Virus record (IMG/VR): IMGVR_UViG_3300045988_154277
Length of the DNA: 64,000 nt
Source of the DNA: a virus
Direction: 5' to 3' (one strand)
Shown here: one piece after another, positions 47,376 through 56,574 of the stretch
How the letters are laid out: every line of letters begins with the position of its first letter
Numbering within the stretch: position 1 is the first letter of the stretch
Position numbers and translations under genes: made by a program
The notes under the pieces: model-generated
Databases searched by the model: none
What the model saw: only the letters and a program-made list of their open reading frames with translations
Told to the model about the DNA's origin: nothing

Positions 47376-47469
47376 ATCTAGTTGAGATGGACACCCATCT
47401 CAACTAGATACTTGAATATAAATCAGTATGTGGTTGTGAACTTGCGCTCTGTATAGTAATACAGAGCGC
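47376..47469 (-). terminator. Two consecutive terminator-like hairpins (15-bp stem atctagttgagatgg; 11-bp stem gcgctctgtat)
   Basis: Directly after stop 47474. Confidence 0.5.
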
Positions 47470-47473
47470 TTAT

Positions 47474-47842
47474 TTAAATATGATCAACTAGTTCACATTC
47501 ACGAAGCAGATCATCGATGTTTGGAATAGTTGGTTTCAACTGATCATACATCGCTTTAAAGATCGGGTCGTTCATTGTAAAGTCTCTAGCGAGATATAGA
47601 AACTCTTTCTGTTCATCTGTGAGATTATTCTTCAGGGTATCCCACAGACCAAGCTCCATGAGTTTCTGAGCAACTTTATACTTACTAAAGATGATACGAT
47701 CTAGAGGAACAACAGGGGTTGGTAGTTCCGGAAGTGTATCAACCTTTTCATACCCTTTTAGTTGCATAGCGGTAGGACCCATACTTGGACCATACCACAC
47801 ATCGTAATTTGTTTTGTCTTCATTCCACTTGATGTAGGGCAT
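47474..47842 (-). CDS. Hypothetical protein (122 aa)
   Basis: ORF. Confidence 0.5.
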   Translation of the reverse strand: MPYIKWNEDKTNYDVWYGPSMGPTAMQLKGYEKVDTLPELPTPVVPLDRIIFSKYKVAQKLMELGLWDTLKNNLTDEQKEFLYLARDFTMNDPIFKAMYDQLKPTIPNIDDLLRECELVDHI

Positions 47843-47843
47843 T

Positions 47844-48707
47844 TTAGTTCTCTGATATAAGTTTAATTTCGTCGGGTGTCATAACCGTGTTAAACACAGC
47901 TCCATATTCAAAGAGTGCGTGGCAATTACTAGTTTTATAGTTATTGTTATTGTTTCCTATTCCAAACCGACATGATCGATAGCTATTATCAACCTGTTGT
48001 CCAACACTCAGTTCATCTCTAGTAGCACTCCACTGTGATGTGGACGCTACAAGACTCCCATTTAAATACAAATTACCTTTTCTAGTTGTTTGATCACAAG
48101 TGAGTGCTAAAGTGATCCACTTGTCAAACAATTCTTTCTTTGCATCATCTACAGTAGAATAGGATTTGCGACATCTAACAATTTGCCCAGAAAAATTATC
48201 AGCAACGTTCTCAGCATGAGTCGCTACCCAAACATCTCCTTTCACCGTAACACCATTTATAGCTGGAGATGGATTACCAGGATCTCCAGTAGTTCCTTCT
48301 ATACCAACATAACACATTGTACCACTTGTATCTAAAAGCGGTGCACCTGCACCTGAAACAAAGCCAATACCAACATAATCTGTAATTATCACATACGGTA
48401 TATACATTCGCATAATAATCGTGTGATTCGGAGTCATCCCAGCTAAGTATAACTTACTAGTAATAAGTGGTGCTTGAGTTTGTTTTGGAGGAAAATAGAA
48501 AGTACCATCTGTACCAGATTGACACGTAACATTCTGCAGTGTCAATAACCCATCCTTGATATCGGTGGAACCGTTCGTTGCACTACCAGGGATCGGAAAT
48601 ACCTGATTATTCATAGGAGAAAACACACTCCCAGCATTATCAGGAAATACAGCCCACAAACAGTCAGGTTGACGTACTCGAGCCCTTATATAGTCCATAA
48701 CAGGCAT
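47844..48707 (-). CDS. LamG/concanavalin-like jelly-roll domain protein, probably tail-fibre associated (about 287 aa, start MPVMDYIR)
   Basis: C-terminal LYLNGSLVAS...FGIGNNNN...ALFEYGAVFNTVMTPDEIKLI resembles the LamG signature. The start overlaps the upstream stop (ATGA-type). Confidence 0.45.
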   Translation of the reverse strand: MPVMDYIRARVRQPDCLWAVFPDNAGSVFSPMNNQVFPIPGSATNGSTDIKDGLLTLQNVTCQSGTDGTFYFPPKQTQAPLITSKLYLAGMTPNHTIIMRMYIPYVIITDYVGIGFVSGAGAPLLDTSGTMCYVGIEGTTGDPGNPSPAINGVTVKGDVWVATHAENVADNFSGQIVRCRKSYSTVDDAKKELFDKWITLALTCDQTTRKGNLYLNGSLVASTSQWSATRDELSVGQQVDNSYRSCRFGIGNNNNNYKTSNCHALFEYGAVFNTVMTPDEIKLISEN

Positions 48708-48708
48708 A

Positions 48709-49278
48709 TCAACTACACCTCCAGTCAACAACCATAGCAGTGATAAGTTCACCATCATCAACCAGTCCATCCGTAGCAGCTAACTCAGCAGTTGTATCTC
48801 TGGATATAGTGATATCACTACCGGTTAGTGGTGTTGACAATTTCAATGTGCTATGTAGGATGATTCCGGCGCCAGCTCTTGCTTTAAACGACTCACTAAC
48901 AGGAACTGCTGCGATACCAAGACCACCCACATTCGCTACACCACTACCAGTCACTTTCAAATATACAATTCCATTGTAATTACTAGCAGGAGTTATCCAT
49001 AGATCGATCGTTGTTATAGGTTGAATGTATGTTCCAGAGAACACCATAGAATTAGTTGCATCTAGATAAGCTACTGTACCATAGGTGCTATTTGCAAATA
49101 TTCGATTGATAAATGGTCTTTCAGAACTAGACCCTCCACCAAGTGATTGTTCTGTTCCATCTTTATCATAGACTTTCAACCCGTCTGACGTTGCACTAAG
49201 CATGAGGTGTCCATCTAGTGCGTTCTTAGAGATCGGGGTATCCACGATCTTAAGATTAAGAGATGCTTGATCTTTCAT
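48709..49278 (-). CDS. Structural hypothetical protein (about 189 aa, start MKDQASL)
   Basis: Start reassigned: the listed N-terminus includes a PPP run encoded by the G11 tract. Confidence 0.45.
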   Translation of the reverse strand: MKDQASLNLKIVDTPISKNALDGHLMLSATSDGLKVYDKDGTEQSLGGGSSSERPFINRIFANSTYGTVAYLDATNSMVFSGTYIQPITTIDLWITPASNYNGIVYLKVTGSGVANVGGLGIAAVPVSESFKARAGAGIILHSTLKLSTPLTGSDITISRDTTAELAATDGLVDDGELITAMVVDWRCS

Positions 49279-49352
49279 ACAACTATTAACTCTCATTCCG
49301 AGCAATATTACAACGGATGCTCGGTTCCCTACCCCTCGATAGTACTGATGTC

Positions 49353-49363
49353 GGGGGGGGGGG
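49353..49363. repeat. G11 homopolymer tract in intergenic DNA
   Basis: gtcgggggggggggtaag. Confidence 0.8.
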
Positions 49364-49466
49364 TAAGCCCTCCCGATAGTCGCATACAACACACAATCAT
49401 AACATCGTTAGTGCTAAAACAGCACTAACGATGTTAGATCGATTCAAACAGTAAGTAGATAGTGCA

Positions 49467-50441
49467 TCACTTGATGTGTTTCTTCATCTTCTGGATCGTA
49501 TAAGCTGCGAATGCAGCTTCGTCTTCCATCTGATCAAGAGCAACCGAGTAGTAGCTCCAGAGATGGACGATGAACGCCCGGAACTGAGCGAAGTTCTTAT
49601 GACGTTCCCTTGCGTTCTCTTTGTCATTCGCATTCAGCATACGACGGATATCCGAAGATGCTTTCTTGGCACCGGATGCGAAGATCGGTCCGAGTTTCTC
49701 ATAATCGGCATAGAGGTCAAACATCTGATCGCCGAACTTCATGACATTATCCAAGGACTGAGCCGTGTAGCCGAGTGCACTCAGCTTTGCCTTACCGAAC
49801 ATTTTCTGAAGAAGACTGTCTTTCTTGTAGGCAACGAACGAGAAGATACGCTTCGTGTTGGAGGAGTCAAGCGATGCAAGGACCTTGTCAACACCACCGT
49901 TCATCATGTTGATCGCTTCTTTCAAAGCGTCCAGACCGTCTTTACGAAGCTTATAGACGCCATCCAGTTTGGAGGCGTTGATCCCACGAACAGACTCATC
50001 GAGGACCGCTTCGTAGTCGATCTGTTTACCTTGGATCGCTGATTTGCCTTCATTGAAGAGTTTCTCATAACGGTTGATCGTCGGGAACCACGTGGAGATC
50101 TTGTGACCGATCCGTGTTCCAAGCCATTCGAATTTCTCTGCGATGCTTGCAAAGAATCCAGTGATCGCATCATCGAGACGCTCCAGAGAGTAGTCATCTC
50201 CGATCAGAGCTCTGATCTGACCGTTGTCGTCGATCAGGGTACGGAACGCTTCCGTAGCACCATACTGTTTCAGATACTGTCCGATCTGGATCAGGTTATC
50301 AACCGCCGTGATATCCCGTTGCAGTTCATCCAACATCGCTGCACATTCCATCGATGTGGTGAGATGCTCGTAAGCGAGTTCCGCATCATCCCACTTAGGA
50401 TATACCTTGGTTTGAGTGAGTGATTCAATACCGAGTTGCAT
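49467..50441 (-). CDS. Alpha-helical hypothetical protein (about 324 aa, start MQLGIESL), member of a 3-gene paralog family
   Basis: RBS AGGAG 7 nt upstream. N-terminus parallels 56575..57567 (MNLGLEHL). Confidence 0.5.
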   Translation of the reverse strand: MQLGIESLTQTKVYPKWDDAELAYEHLTTSMECAAMLDELQRDITAVDNLIQIGQYLKQYGATEAFRTLIDDNGQIRALIGDDYSLERLDDAITGFFASIAEKFEWLGTRIGHKISTWFPTINRYEKLFNEGKSAIQGKQIDYEAVLDESVRGINASKLDGVYKLRKDGLDALKEAINMMNGGVDKVLASLDSSNTKRIFSFVAYKKDSLLQKMFGKAKLSALGYTAQSLDNVMKFGDQMFDLYADYEKLGPIFASGAKKASSDIRRMLNANDKENARERHKNFAQFRAFIVHLWSYYSVALDQMEDEAAFAAYTIQKMKKHIK

Positions 50442-50489
50442 TTGTATGCTCCTGTATAAACACACATATCCCCTTTTAAGATATCATTA

Positions 50490-50521
50490 CATCTATGGGG
50501 GGGGGTTACCACCCATAGATG
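50490..50521. repeat. Hairpin with 9-bp stem (catctatgg/ccatagatg) and G9-containing loop
   Basis: Sits between two paralog genes. No U-tract follows, so it is not a canonical terminator. Confidence 0.6.
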
Positions 50522-50547
50522 TTAACACAACACACTACATAGGATCG

Positions 50548-51741
50548 TTAGTGGTTGATATCGAATGTACCGCGTTTACCTTCACGGTCGTTACCAGTTG
50601 CTCGTAATTGATTGATAATAGCTCGTAAGCGAGAAGCTGCTTGTTCTACACTCCCAAACACCTTCTCCATATCAGTTGAGATTCTCGTGAGACATGTGTG
50701 TATGCTTCTAACAGTCTCTAACATCGCTTGACATGCAGCTGCAAAATTACGCAAATACGTCTTAAAATCAGTTTGTTCCGTTTGCGTTTGTAAACTCTGA
50801 ATGTGTTCGAGTACACGTATATTCACGAGCGACTTACCACTCAATCGTTTGGCAGCAGTTGACAGAGTACGAGTCACAGATGTTATTCGAGCTTCGAGAT
50901 CATGATAATCGTTAACAACCCGATCTACAGAACGAGCTGTATCCCAACCGCTATCAATCGGACCACGCTCCAACCGATTCTCATTCAACTCTGTTATCGC
51001 ATTGTGTAACGTGGTTAAATCGTCTCCTAGTCTATCGACAATCGTTTGTAACTCATCAGTCTTTTTAGTTACATCACAAGAATAAACACCATTCATGATG
51101 TTATCGACCTCTACAGAGGTAAACGCGTTTGCTTGATCTAAACTACGACTTACATCACGTTCGATCGTACGCATGATGTCTCGAATGCACGATAATCTGC
51201 TTTGCAGTGCTGAAAATATAACGTGACTCTTAGGGTTAATTTCACCCTTAGTGTTATACACATCATCACTATCATCAATTTTCATCGCCTGAGTAAACAC
51301 GGGTGGGATAGATATTGGATTCACAGCTTCCTGGCTTATCGTGAAGTTATTCATGTATTTGTCATAAATCTCACGATGCTCCATGATGAACGCTCTGTTT
51401 TCATCCAACTTATCGGTTCTCTTCTTAGAGAACCACTTCTTGATATGTTCAGAGATCCAATCACAGATCTTCTTAAAATATTCACCCAGCTTACGGATGA
51501 ACTTCACAACAAGATCCCAAGCACTCTCCAACAACCCTTCATATGAAGGTGTGATGTTAGCATTTACAAGCGCATCCGTCACTTGTTGGATAAGCAGTGC
51601 TTCTCCAGCTCCAGATGGTTGTAGAGGATGTTCATATACAGGTACTAACTCTACAACATTATTCAAGGCCATCGCAAGCATATAACACTCATGCTGAGCC
51701 TGGTACAACTCAGATATCATCAAATCGTAATCCATATCCAT
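50548..51741 (-). CDS. Alpha-helical hypothetical protein (about 397 aa, start MDMDYDLM)
   Basis: RBS AAGGAG before the ATG at 51741. Confidence 0.5.
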   Translation of the reverse strand: MDMDYDLMISELYQAQHECYMLAMALNNVVELVPVYEHPLQPSGAGEALLIQQVTDALVNANITPSYEGLLESAWDLVVKFIRKLGEYFKKICDWISEHIKKWFSKKRTDKLDENRAFIMEHREIYDKYMNNFTISQEAVNPISIPPVFTQAMKIDDSDDVYNTKGEINPKSHVIFSALQSRLSCIRDIMRTIERDVSRSLDQANAFTSVEVDNIMNGVYSCDVTKKTDELQTIVDRLGDDLTTLHNAITELNENRLERGPIDSGWDTARSVDRVVNDYHDLEARITSVTRTLSTAAKRLSGKSLVNIRVLEHIQSLQTQTEQTDFKTYLRNFAAACQAMLETVRSIHTCLTRISTDMEKVFGSVEQAASRLRAIINQLRATGNDREGKRGTFDINH

Positions 51742-51817
51742 AACGTTCTCCTTATATAGGTCATAGCATGAGACTAAGAATGTGTCTCTCGGAGAAAGAA
51801 AAAGAAGCAAAAAGAAA

Positions 51818-51843
51818 GAGAGTAGAGTGTGATCTCTACTCTC
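51818..51843 (-). terminator. Terminator hairpin (gagagtagag...ctctactctc) with a long U-rich tail
   Basis: 10-bp stem. Confidence 0.55.
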
Positions 51844-51846
51844 TTC

Positions 51847-52191
51847 TCTATACTCTAAATAATATGGTTATCTAACCCCCTAAGAACCCCCGGGTAGGGG
51901 TTGGGGCGTAGCCCTACATTTATGATGCTAAGGATGGAGGGTAGGGGAGATCTGATCATACACTGGATCTATCTCTAACCAATTCAAGATATCTATATCT
52001 TCGATTGATTAGAGGATAGATCTGACAGGCTTACGCTGGTGGATCTCCCCTACCCATCTCTGGATAGATACTCTTATGGTATTCCCGTTCGCTTCACGTA
52101 CGTTACGCTCACTCAAATAATATAGTTGTAGCAATATTTAATTACAGAGTAAAAAGTTACATCGTTATAGGTTAATCATATCTAACAAAAG
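51847..52191. other. About 345-bp non-coding, highly structured element: 14-bp outer inverted repeat (gggtaggggagatc/gatctcccctaccc) enclosing a 13-bp inner inverted repeat, with G-rich palindromes at its 5-prime side
   Basis: No ORF on either strand. Terminators flank it on both sides. Confidence 0.5.
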
Positions 52192-52193
52192 AA

Positions 52194-52226
52194 GAAGAGT
52201 AGAGAGGGTGGATCTCTCTACTCTTC
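52194..52226 (-). terminator. Terminator hairpin followed by UUCUUCUUUUGUU
   Basis: 12-bp stem gaagagtagaga/tctctactcttc. Confidence 0.6.
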
Positions 52227-52261
52227 CATGTAAGATCTTCTACGTTGATAGAGTTATCTGA

Positions 52262-52951
52262 TTAGATATCTCTCATACGTCTTACGACGTCATACAGTTG
52301 GTTGTTGTATTCAGCTAACCTTCTGGTGTAGGTTCTCATCTGTTCAGGGAGGTTAGGAACCTCCCTCTGGATCAGACGGATCGTCGTCTCCATGTTGAGA
52401 TGGGTATCGCTTAATTCAGCAGTCAATGACTTGTACTTATCGATCGTAGACTGCATCTCTGCATAAGCCTTCTTGGAAGACTCGATACCACTCTCCGTGA
52501 CTGCTTTCTGGTTCATCAGATAGAGTAGATATCCACGATAATCTTCGATCGTACAGTCTATACATCCTGCACAAGTCAGCTGACAGGATACCACTACAGG
52601 TGTATGACCTTGATGCTTATATACTTTGGTCTGTACATGGATATCGTAGACGTTCTCGATATCCACGATCGACATCAGGTGTACAGTCACCAGGAAGTCA
52701 TTCTCCACTTTGGATTTATAGAGCATCCCTTCGTGACGGACATACCCATCACTGAATACTTGTTGAGTCGTATGAGTTAACACCTCCAGGTAACTCCCAT
52801 CGTTCTTGGGATAGCCTTCTGGGAAGACTACACGTTTGTGGTCCTCATCCCACTTTAATAGATCGATCTTGTCTTCTGGGAAGACATACGTAGTATCCAT
52901 CAGGTGTTGAACTTTGTTCAACATCGATGTGATCAGTTCGTTCTGTTCCAT
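52262..52951 (-). CDS. Hypothetical protein (229 aa)
   Basis: ORF; RBS GAAGGAG. Confidence 0.5.
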   Translation of the reverse strand: MEQNELITSMLNKVQHLMDTTYVFPEDKIDLLKWDEDHKRVVFPEGYPKNDGSYLEVLTHTTQQVFSDGYVRHEGMLYKSKVENDFLVTVHLMSIVDIENVYDIHVQTKVYKHQGHTPVVVSCQLTCAGCIDCTIEDYRGYLLYLMNQKAVTESGIESSKKAYAEMQSTIDKYKSLTAELSDTHLNMETTIRLIQREVPNLPEQMRTYTRRLAEYNNQLYDVVRRMRDI

Positions 52952-52969
52952 ATTAGATTAATACTCCTT

Positions 52970-53404
52970 CTATTTATGAGTTGGTTGTAACTTGGAGAAC
53001 TCGATCTGTCCTCCGTAGAATGCGTTGTACTTCGGTAAGTGATAGGCTTTCGCTGCACGCTTACCATGTAACTCCCACCAACATCCCCGGATCCACATCT
53101 TCGTAGAACAAGTTGTGGTGAATGTTACATAGGACCAGTGGTTGCTGATCCTTAGTAATTTCTCCTTGAACATATCTACATAGTAGATGCTGAGGTTGTC
53201 CGTATTACAGCTGACGTATTTTAGGATCCATCTTCTCTTATGATAGAAGATGGAGGATGGGAGTCGTTCTTTGATTATGTCGGCATTTACGCTTGTCATA
53301 TCAAGATGTTTTAGTCTGTAGAGGACGTTGGATATAACCTCGTACTCTACTGACCAGAAGTGCCCTAACGACTGATAGGAATAGTTGTTCTCTGTGTACT
53401 TCAC
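52970..53404 (-). CDS. Hypothetical protein (144 aa)
   Basis: ORF. Confidence 0.45.
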   Translation of the reverse strand: MKYTENNYSYQSLGHFWSVEYEVISNVLYRLKHLDMTSVNADIIKERLPSSIFYHKRRWILKYVSCNTDNLSIYYVDMFKEKLLRISNHWSYVTFTTTCSTKMWIRGCWWELHGKRAAKAYHLPKYNAFYGGQIEFSKLQPTHK

Positions 53405-53581
53405 ATGTCACACACTCCTCATCTGACACCTGCATGTTTGATCGACATGCAGGTAGTATAGGTCACCTCTTCAGAGACCCGTTCGAACTTCTTAGTTTGG
53501 GGATACCGTATGTACAGTAACCCATTCCACTTGATGATGACAAGACCATCGTTGCCTTTGTGTAATATTCTGTTGGTCATG

Positions 53582-54157
53582 TTAAACTCTCCCTGGTATA
53601 AATGTGAGGTTCACTCTGAGCATCGGTATGTTGTGGTTGTGATACATCTCAAGAGTTTCTTGTTTTTGATTATCATAGAGTACAGTACACCGGACATTCT
53701 TGAGTGGAGTGTATTGTATCAGTTGTTTGGTGAACTCCTCCGTATCAAGATCCACGTAGAATCTGATGTTTTCCTTATCGGTTGGGAATATATCAGGACT
53801 GAACTCACGATTCAATACAGCTCGGAATGACTCTTCCGAAATGAATTGTATATCCGGTAGTACCGGGCTGGACCATAGTGAGATTTTGCGATCCCACATG
53901 GTACTCCACACAATGTTTTTACTCACTACGTAGTAGTGGAGATCGGGTCGCTGTATGCATTCGGATATGAGCATCGAGAGCAATGTCTCTGTCTTACCGG
54001 ATTGCCGACATCCGCATATTGCAGTGAACACCGGTTCCGGATGCCAAACACGAGTACGAACTTTATCAAAGAACACATCCAACTCATGGTCGTACATGTG
54101 TTCGAAGGTTCGACGAATGGTTTCGAGCTTCTCAGCTCTGTTTGGTTTAGATTGCAT
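53582..54157 (-). CDS. P-loop NTPase (about 191 aa, start MQSKPN)
   Basis: Walker A GCRQSGKT. RBS AAGGAGG before the ATG at 54157. Confidence 0.5.
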   Translation of the reverse strand: MQSKPNRAEKLETIRRTFEHMYDHELDVFFDKVRTRVWHPEPVFTAICGCRQSGKTETLLSMLISECIQRPDLHYYVVSKNIVWSTMWDRKISLWSSPVLPDIQFISEESFRAVLNREFSPDIFPTDKENIRFYVDLDTEEFTKQLIQYTPLKNVRCTVLYDNQKQETLEMYHNHNIPMLRVNLTFIPGRV

Positions 54158-54280
54158 TAGAATCCTCCTTGGGTTGATGGGTATAACTTGTTTGTCCTTG
54201 TGATATATTAAGAGTGACATCATACAACAACGACGATCTACATTGACCAGATCAGACATCAGGGTAGAATTGGGAGAACG

Positions 54281-54421
54281 TTAGTTAGTTACAACACTCT
54301 TCTTAGAGAAGAGTTGTCGTCTTAATTCTCGCAGATATGCTTCTTTTGCTCTGACACGAGTCATGACCTCGTCCATATGCTGAGAAGCACTCTTACTTGA
54401 ATTAGCGTAAGAGAACGCCAT
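54281..54421 (-). CDS. Small protein (46 aa, MAFSYANSSKSASQHMDEV...), member of a tandem small-gene family
   Basis: Below the ORF-track cut-off; found by manual translation. RBS GGAGGTGATCGAT. Paralogous to the next three small genes. Confidence 0.5.
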   Translation of the reverse strand: MAFSYANSSKSASQHMDEVMTRVRAKEAYLRELRRQLFSKKSVVTN

Positions 54422-54581
54422 ATCGATCACCTCCAGTCTAACCGTTCAGGTACGAATGAACGGATAAGTTCGGTTAGATCAGATCTGTATGTTGTTGTAT
54501 GAGTCACTTAAATTCAAAGAGTGATAGGAAATGTTACGGCAGTTGTTGACCAGACAAGACATCAACAACCGAGTTCACTGG

Positions 54582-54728
54582 TTATTTCTGTGGATGCTTG
54601 ACGATCCATCTTCTCCAATCTAAGTTAGACTGGTTAGGATGTCTTTGCATTACAGATTGCATGTGTTCTGAAGCTGTCGGTGGGACTAATACTTCAGGAT
54701 GTTTAGCATCGATGTATGCAAATGCCAT
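54582..54728 (-). CDS. Small protein (48 aa, MAFAYIDAKHPEVLVPPTASEHMQSV...)
   Basis: Manual translation. RBS GAAGGAGGTGAGCTCT. Confidence 0.5.
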   Translation of the reverse strand: MAFAYIDAKHPEVLVPPTASEHMQSVMQRHPNQSNLDWRRWIVKHPQK

Positions 54729-54894
54729 AGAGCTCACCTCCTTCTACCACAAACAGGGAACTGTCTTTGTGGTGTGACAGGTTGGAGCATGTCTGTAATA
54801 CACCTCCTATCACTTAAATTCAAAAGAGTGATGGGTTGTAGATGTGCGAAAATCACCAACCAGATCAGTCATCGGTGATTTGTGTCACGTACGA

Positions 54895-55068
54895 TCATTG
54901 AGCGATAGCAACACTCGATGCTTTTGACGTGAGTTTTGCATCAATAACACGTGTTTGCTTAAGAGCATTGCGCTCCCAGCGTTGACGATCACGTGCTTCT
55001 TGTTCAGCAACACACTTGTATCCGGCATTCGGATCTAAGATGCGTTTGAAGAACTCATCTGAGGTCAT
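54895..55068 (-). CDS. Small protein (57 aa, MTSDEFFKRILDPNAGYKCVAEQ...)
   Basis: Manual translation. RBS TAGGAGGTGATGTCAT. Confidence 0.45.
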   Translation of the reverse strand: MTSDEFFKRILDPNAGYKCVAEQEARDRQRWERNALKQTRVIDAKLTSKASSVAIAQ

Positions 55069-55547
55069 ATGACATCACCTCCTAACTACTGTAGATTAAA
55101 CAGTCTTGCAGTAGGACTGGTTATAAGAGTCAGTAACAGAACCTCTCTCCTTCAGGTGAGGGATGTATGTTACTACGAACTATTCTTCCGTTGGACGTTA
55201 GTCCATCGTGATGTAATAGAAGGACAGTATGCTAAGAACATATGGTTAAAATGTTCTTGTTGCCTGGAACAGGCCATCGACGTAAGTCGGTGTACTCGGT
55301 AACACGAGGAAGCTCCTTCCTTCAGGTAGGAGTAGTTCACGTTCAGATCTGTAGTCACCTACCATCCATCACTCGTCTTATCGAAAAAGAGACAGCTAAG
55401 GGATGAAGGATACAACTCCTTCATCCCTTAGCTAATCGTGTATTCGAAGTATAACTCTACACACGTTGGATATAGTAAGAACAACACTTCACAGTTGTCG
55501 AAACAACATCGACCAGATCAGTCATCGATGTTGAATTGTACTCACAT

Positions 55548-55745
55548 CTAAGTGGTTAACATTGCCACGATAGATGGCGTTTTAGTTGGTTTGTTGCTGT
55601 GATATATTCCGTAGTGTTTACGGAGCATATCCATCAACATCTTCTGCTTAGCTTTGGCACGTGCTACACGAGCATCATGCATTTCAGAAGCAGATTTAGG
55701 AGATAGCACGGTTGGGTGCTTCTCATCCATCATCGCAAACGGCAT
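55548..55745 (-). CDS. Small protein (65 aa, MPFAMMDEKHPTVLSPKSASEMHDARV...)
   Basis: RBS TAGGAGGTGATTTGT. Shares MxFA...KHPxVL...ASExH with the 54582 gene. Confidence 0.5.
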   Translation of the reverse strand: MPFAMMDEKHPTVLSPKSASEMHDARVARAKAKQKMLMDMLRKHYGIYHSNKPTKTPSIVAMLTT

Positions 55746-55846
55746 ACAAATCACCTCCTAACTACCGACTCAAGCACAAGTGAGTCGATCAGCTTGGTTG
55801 GATCAGATCTGTAAAACTATGAAGTGTTGTTCAATACAAACAAGTT

Positions 55847-55886
55847 AGCTAGGGATAGTGGAGTGTTCGCCTCCACTATCCCTAGC
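55847..55886 (-). terminator. Terminator hairpin (17-bp stem agctagggatagtggag)
   Basis: Follows the lysozyme stop at 55893. Confidence 0.55.
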
Positions 55887-55892
55887 TGGTTA

Positions 55893-56426
55893 TTAGTTGA
55901 CTTTGTTCCAGAGGTTGGACTCAGCCTGTCTACGTTTAACAAGCCCCGGTGCGATATCGTAAACGATCTTACCGTTCTTATCCTTTACGATTTTGCCCTT
56001 CGAGACTCTCTTCACTTTGTTCCATCTCTGGATCTCAGAGGGAACCGAACCATACTGGCGCTGGTTCAGTTTCTTAAGGAGAGTGGATGAAGCGAAGTTC
56101 GATCTCCCCACGTTGTAAGTGAATACGATGAGAGCAGCCTTCTGGTTGTCCGTCAGAGGGACCTTGACCTGTGTATCGATATATCCACCGATACTGGTTA
56201 CGTATCCGTCCAGAATACGATTTGCTTCTTCTTTAGTCATGTGACCACGAGCAACGAGGTTCTTATCATTAAACCCCCAACCGATGGCTTTCTTGTTGAC
56301 ATCAGTGTAGGGGGCTGAACGGAAGGTTTCGAACTGCTTGATCAGTTCGGTTGCCGAAGTCTTCCAATCTTGTGCGAAGACGTTGATGGTGAGGATGATG
56401 GTGATAAGAGTGATGATGTGTTTCAT
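55893..56426 (-). CDS. GH24 (T4-lysozyme family) muramidase with N-terminal signal peptide (177 aa)
   Basis: Signal peptide [45 protein letters not shown] aligns to [44 protein letters not shown] aligns to [29 protein letters not shown] at the C-terminus. Confidence 0.7.
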   Translation of the reverse strand: [177 protein letters not shown]

Positions 56427-56485
56427 GTTGTTGATTCCTTTTGTTTAGGGTTGTTGGGTTGATACAGCTAGATGTATTCAATAAG

Positions 56486-56504
56486 TAATATATATGCGAA
56501 ATCT
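56486..56504 (-). promoter_or_regulatory. Early-type promoter P7 (core TATATATTAC) with upstream CAGTGTAGTTCA element
   Basis: CAGTGTAGTTCA sits 12 nt upstream of the core, the same spacing as in P2 and P4. Confidence 0.55.
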
Positions 56505-56527
56505 TTTGAACTACACTGCATACGGTG

Positions 56528-56562
56528 TATCTAGGTATGGGATAACTACCCATACCTAGATA
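56528..56562 (-). terminator. Terminator hairpin (tatctaggtatggg...cccatacctagata)
   Basis: 14-bp stem after stop 56575. Confidence 0.6.
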
Positions 56563-56574
56563 CGTTGAAATGTA

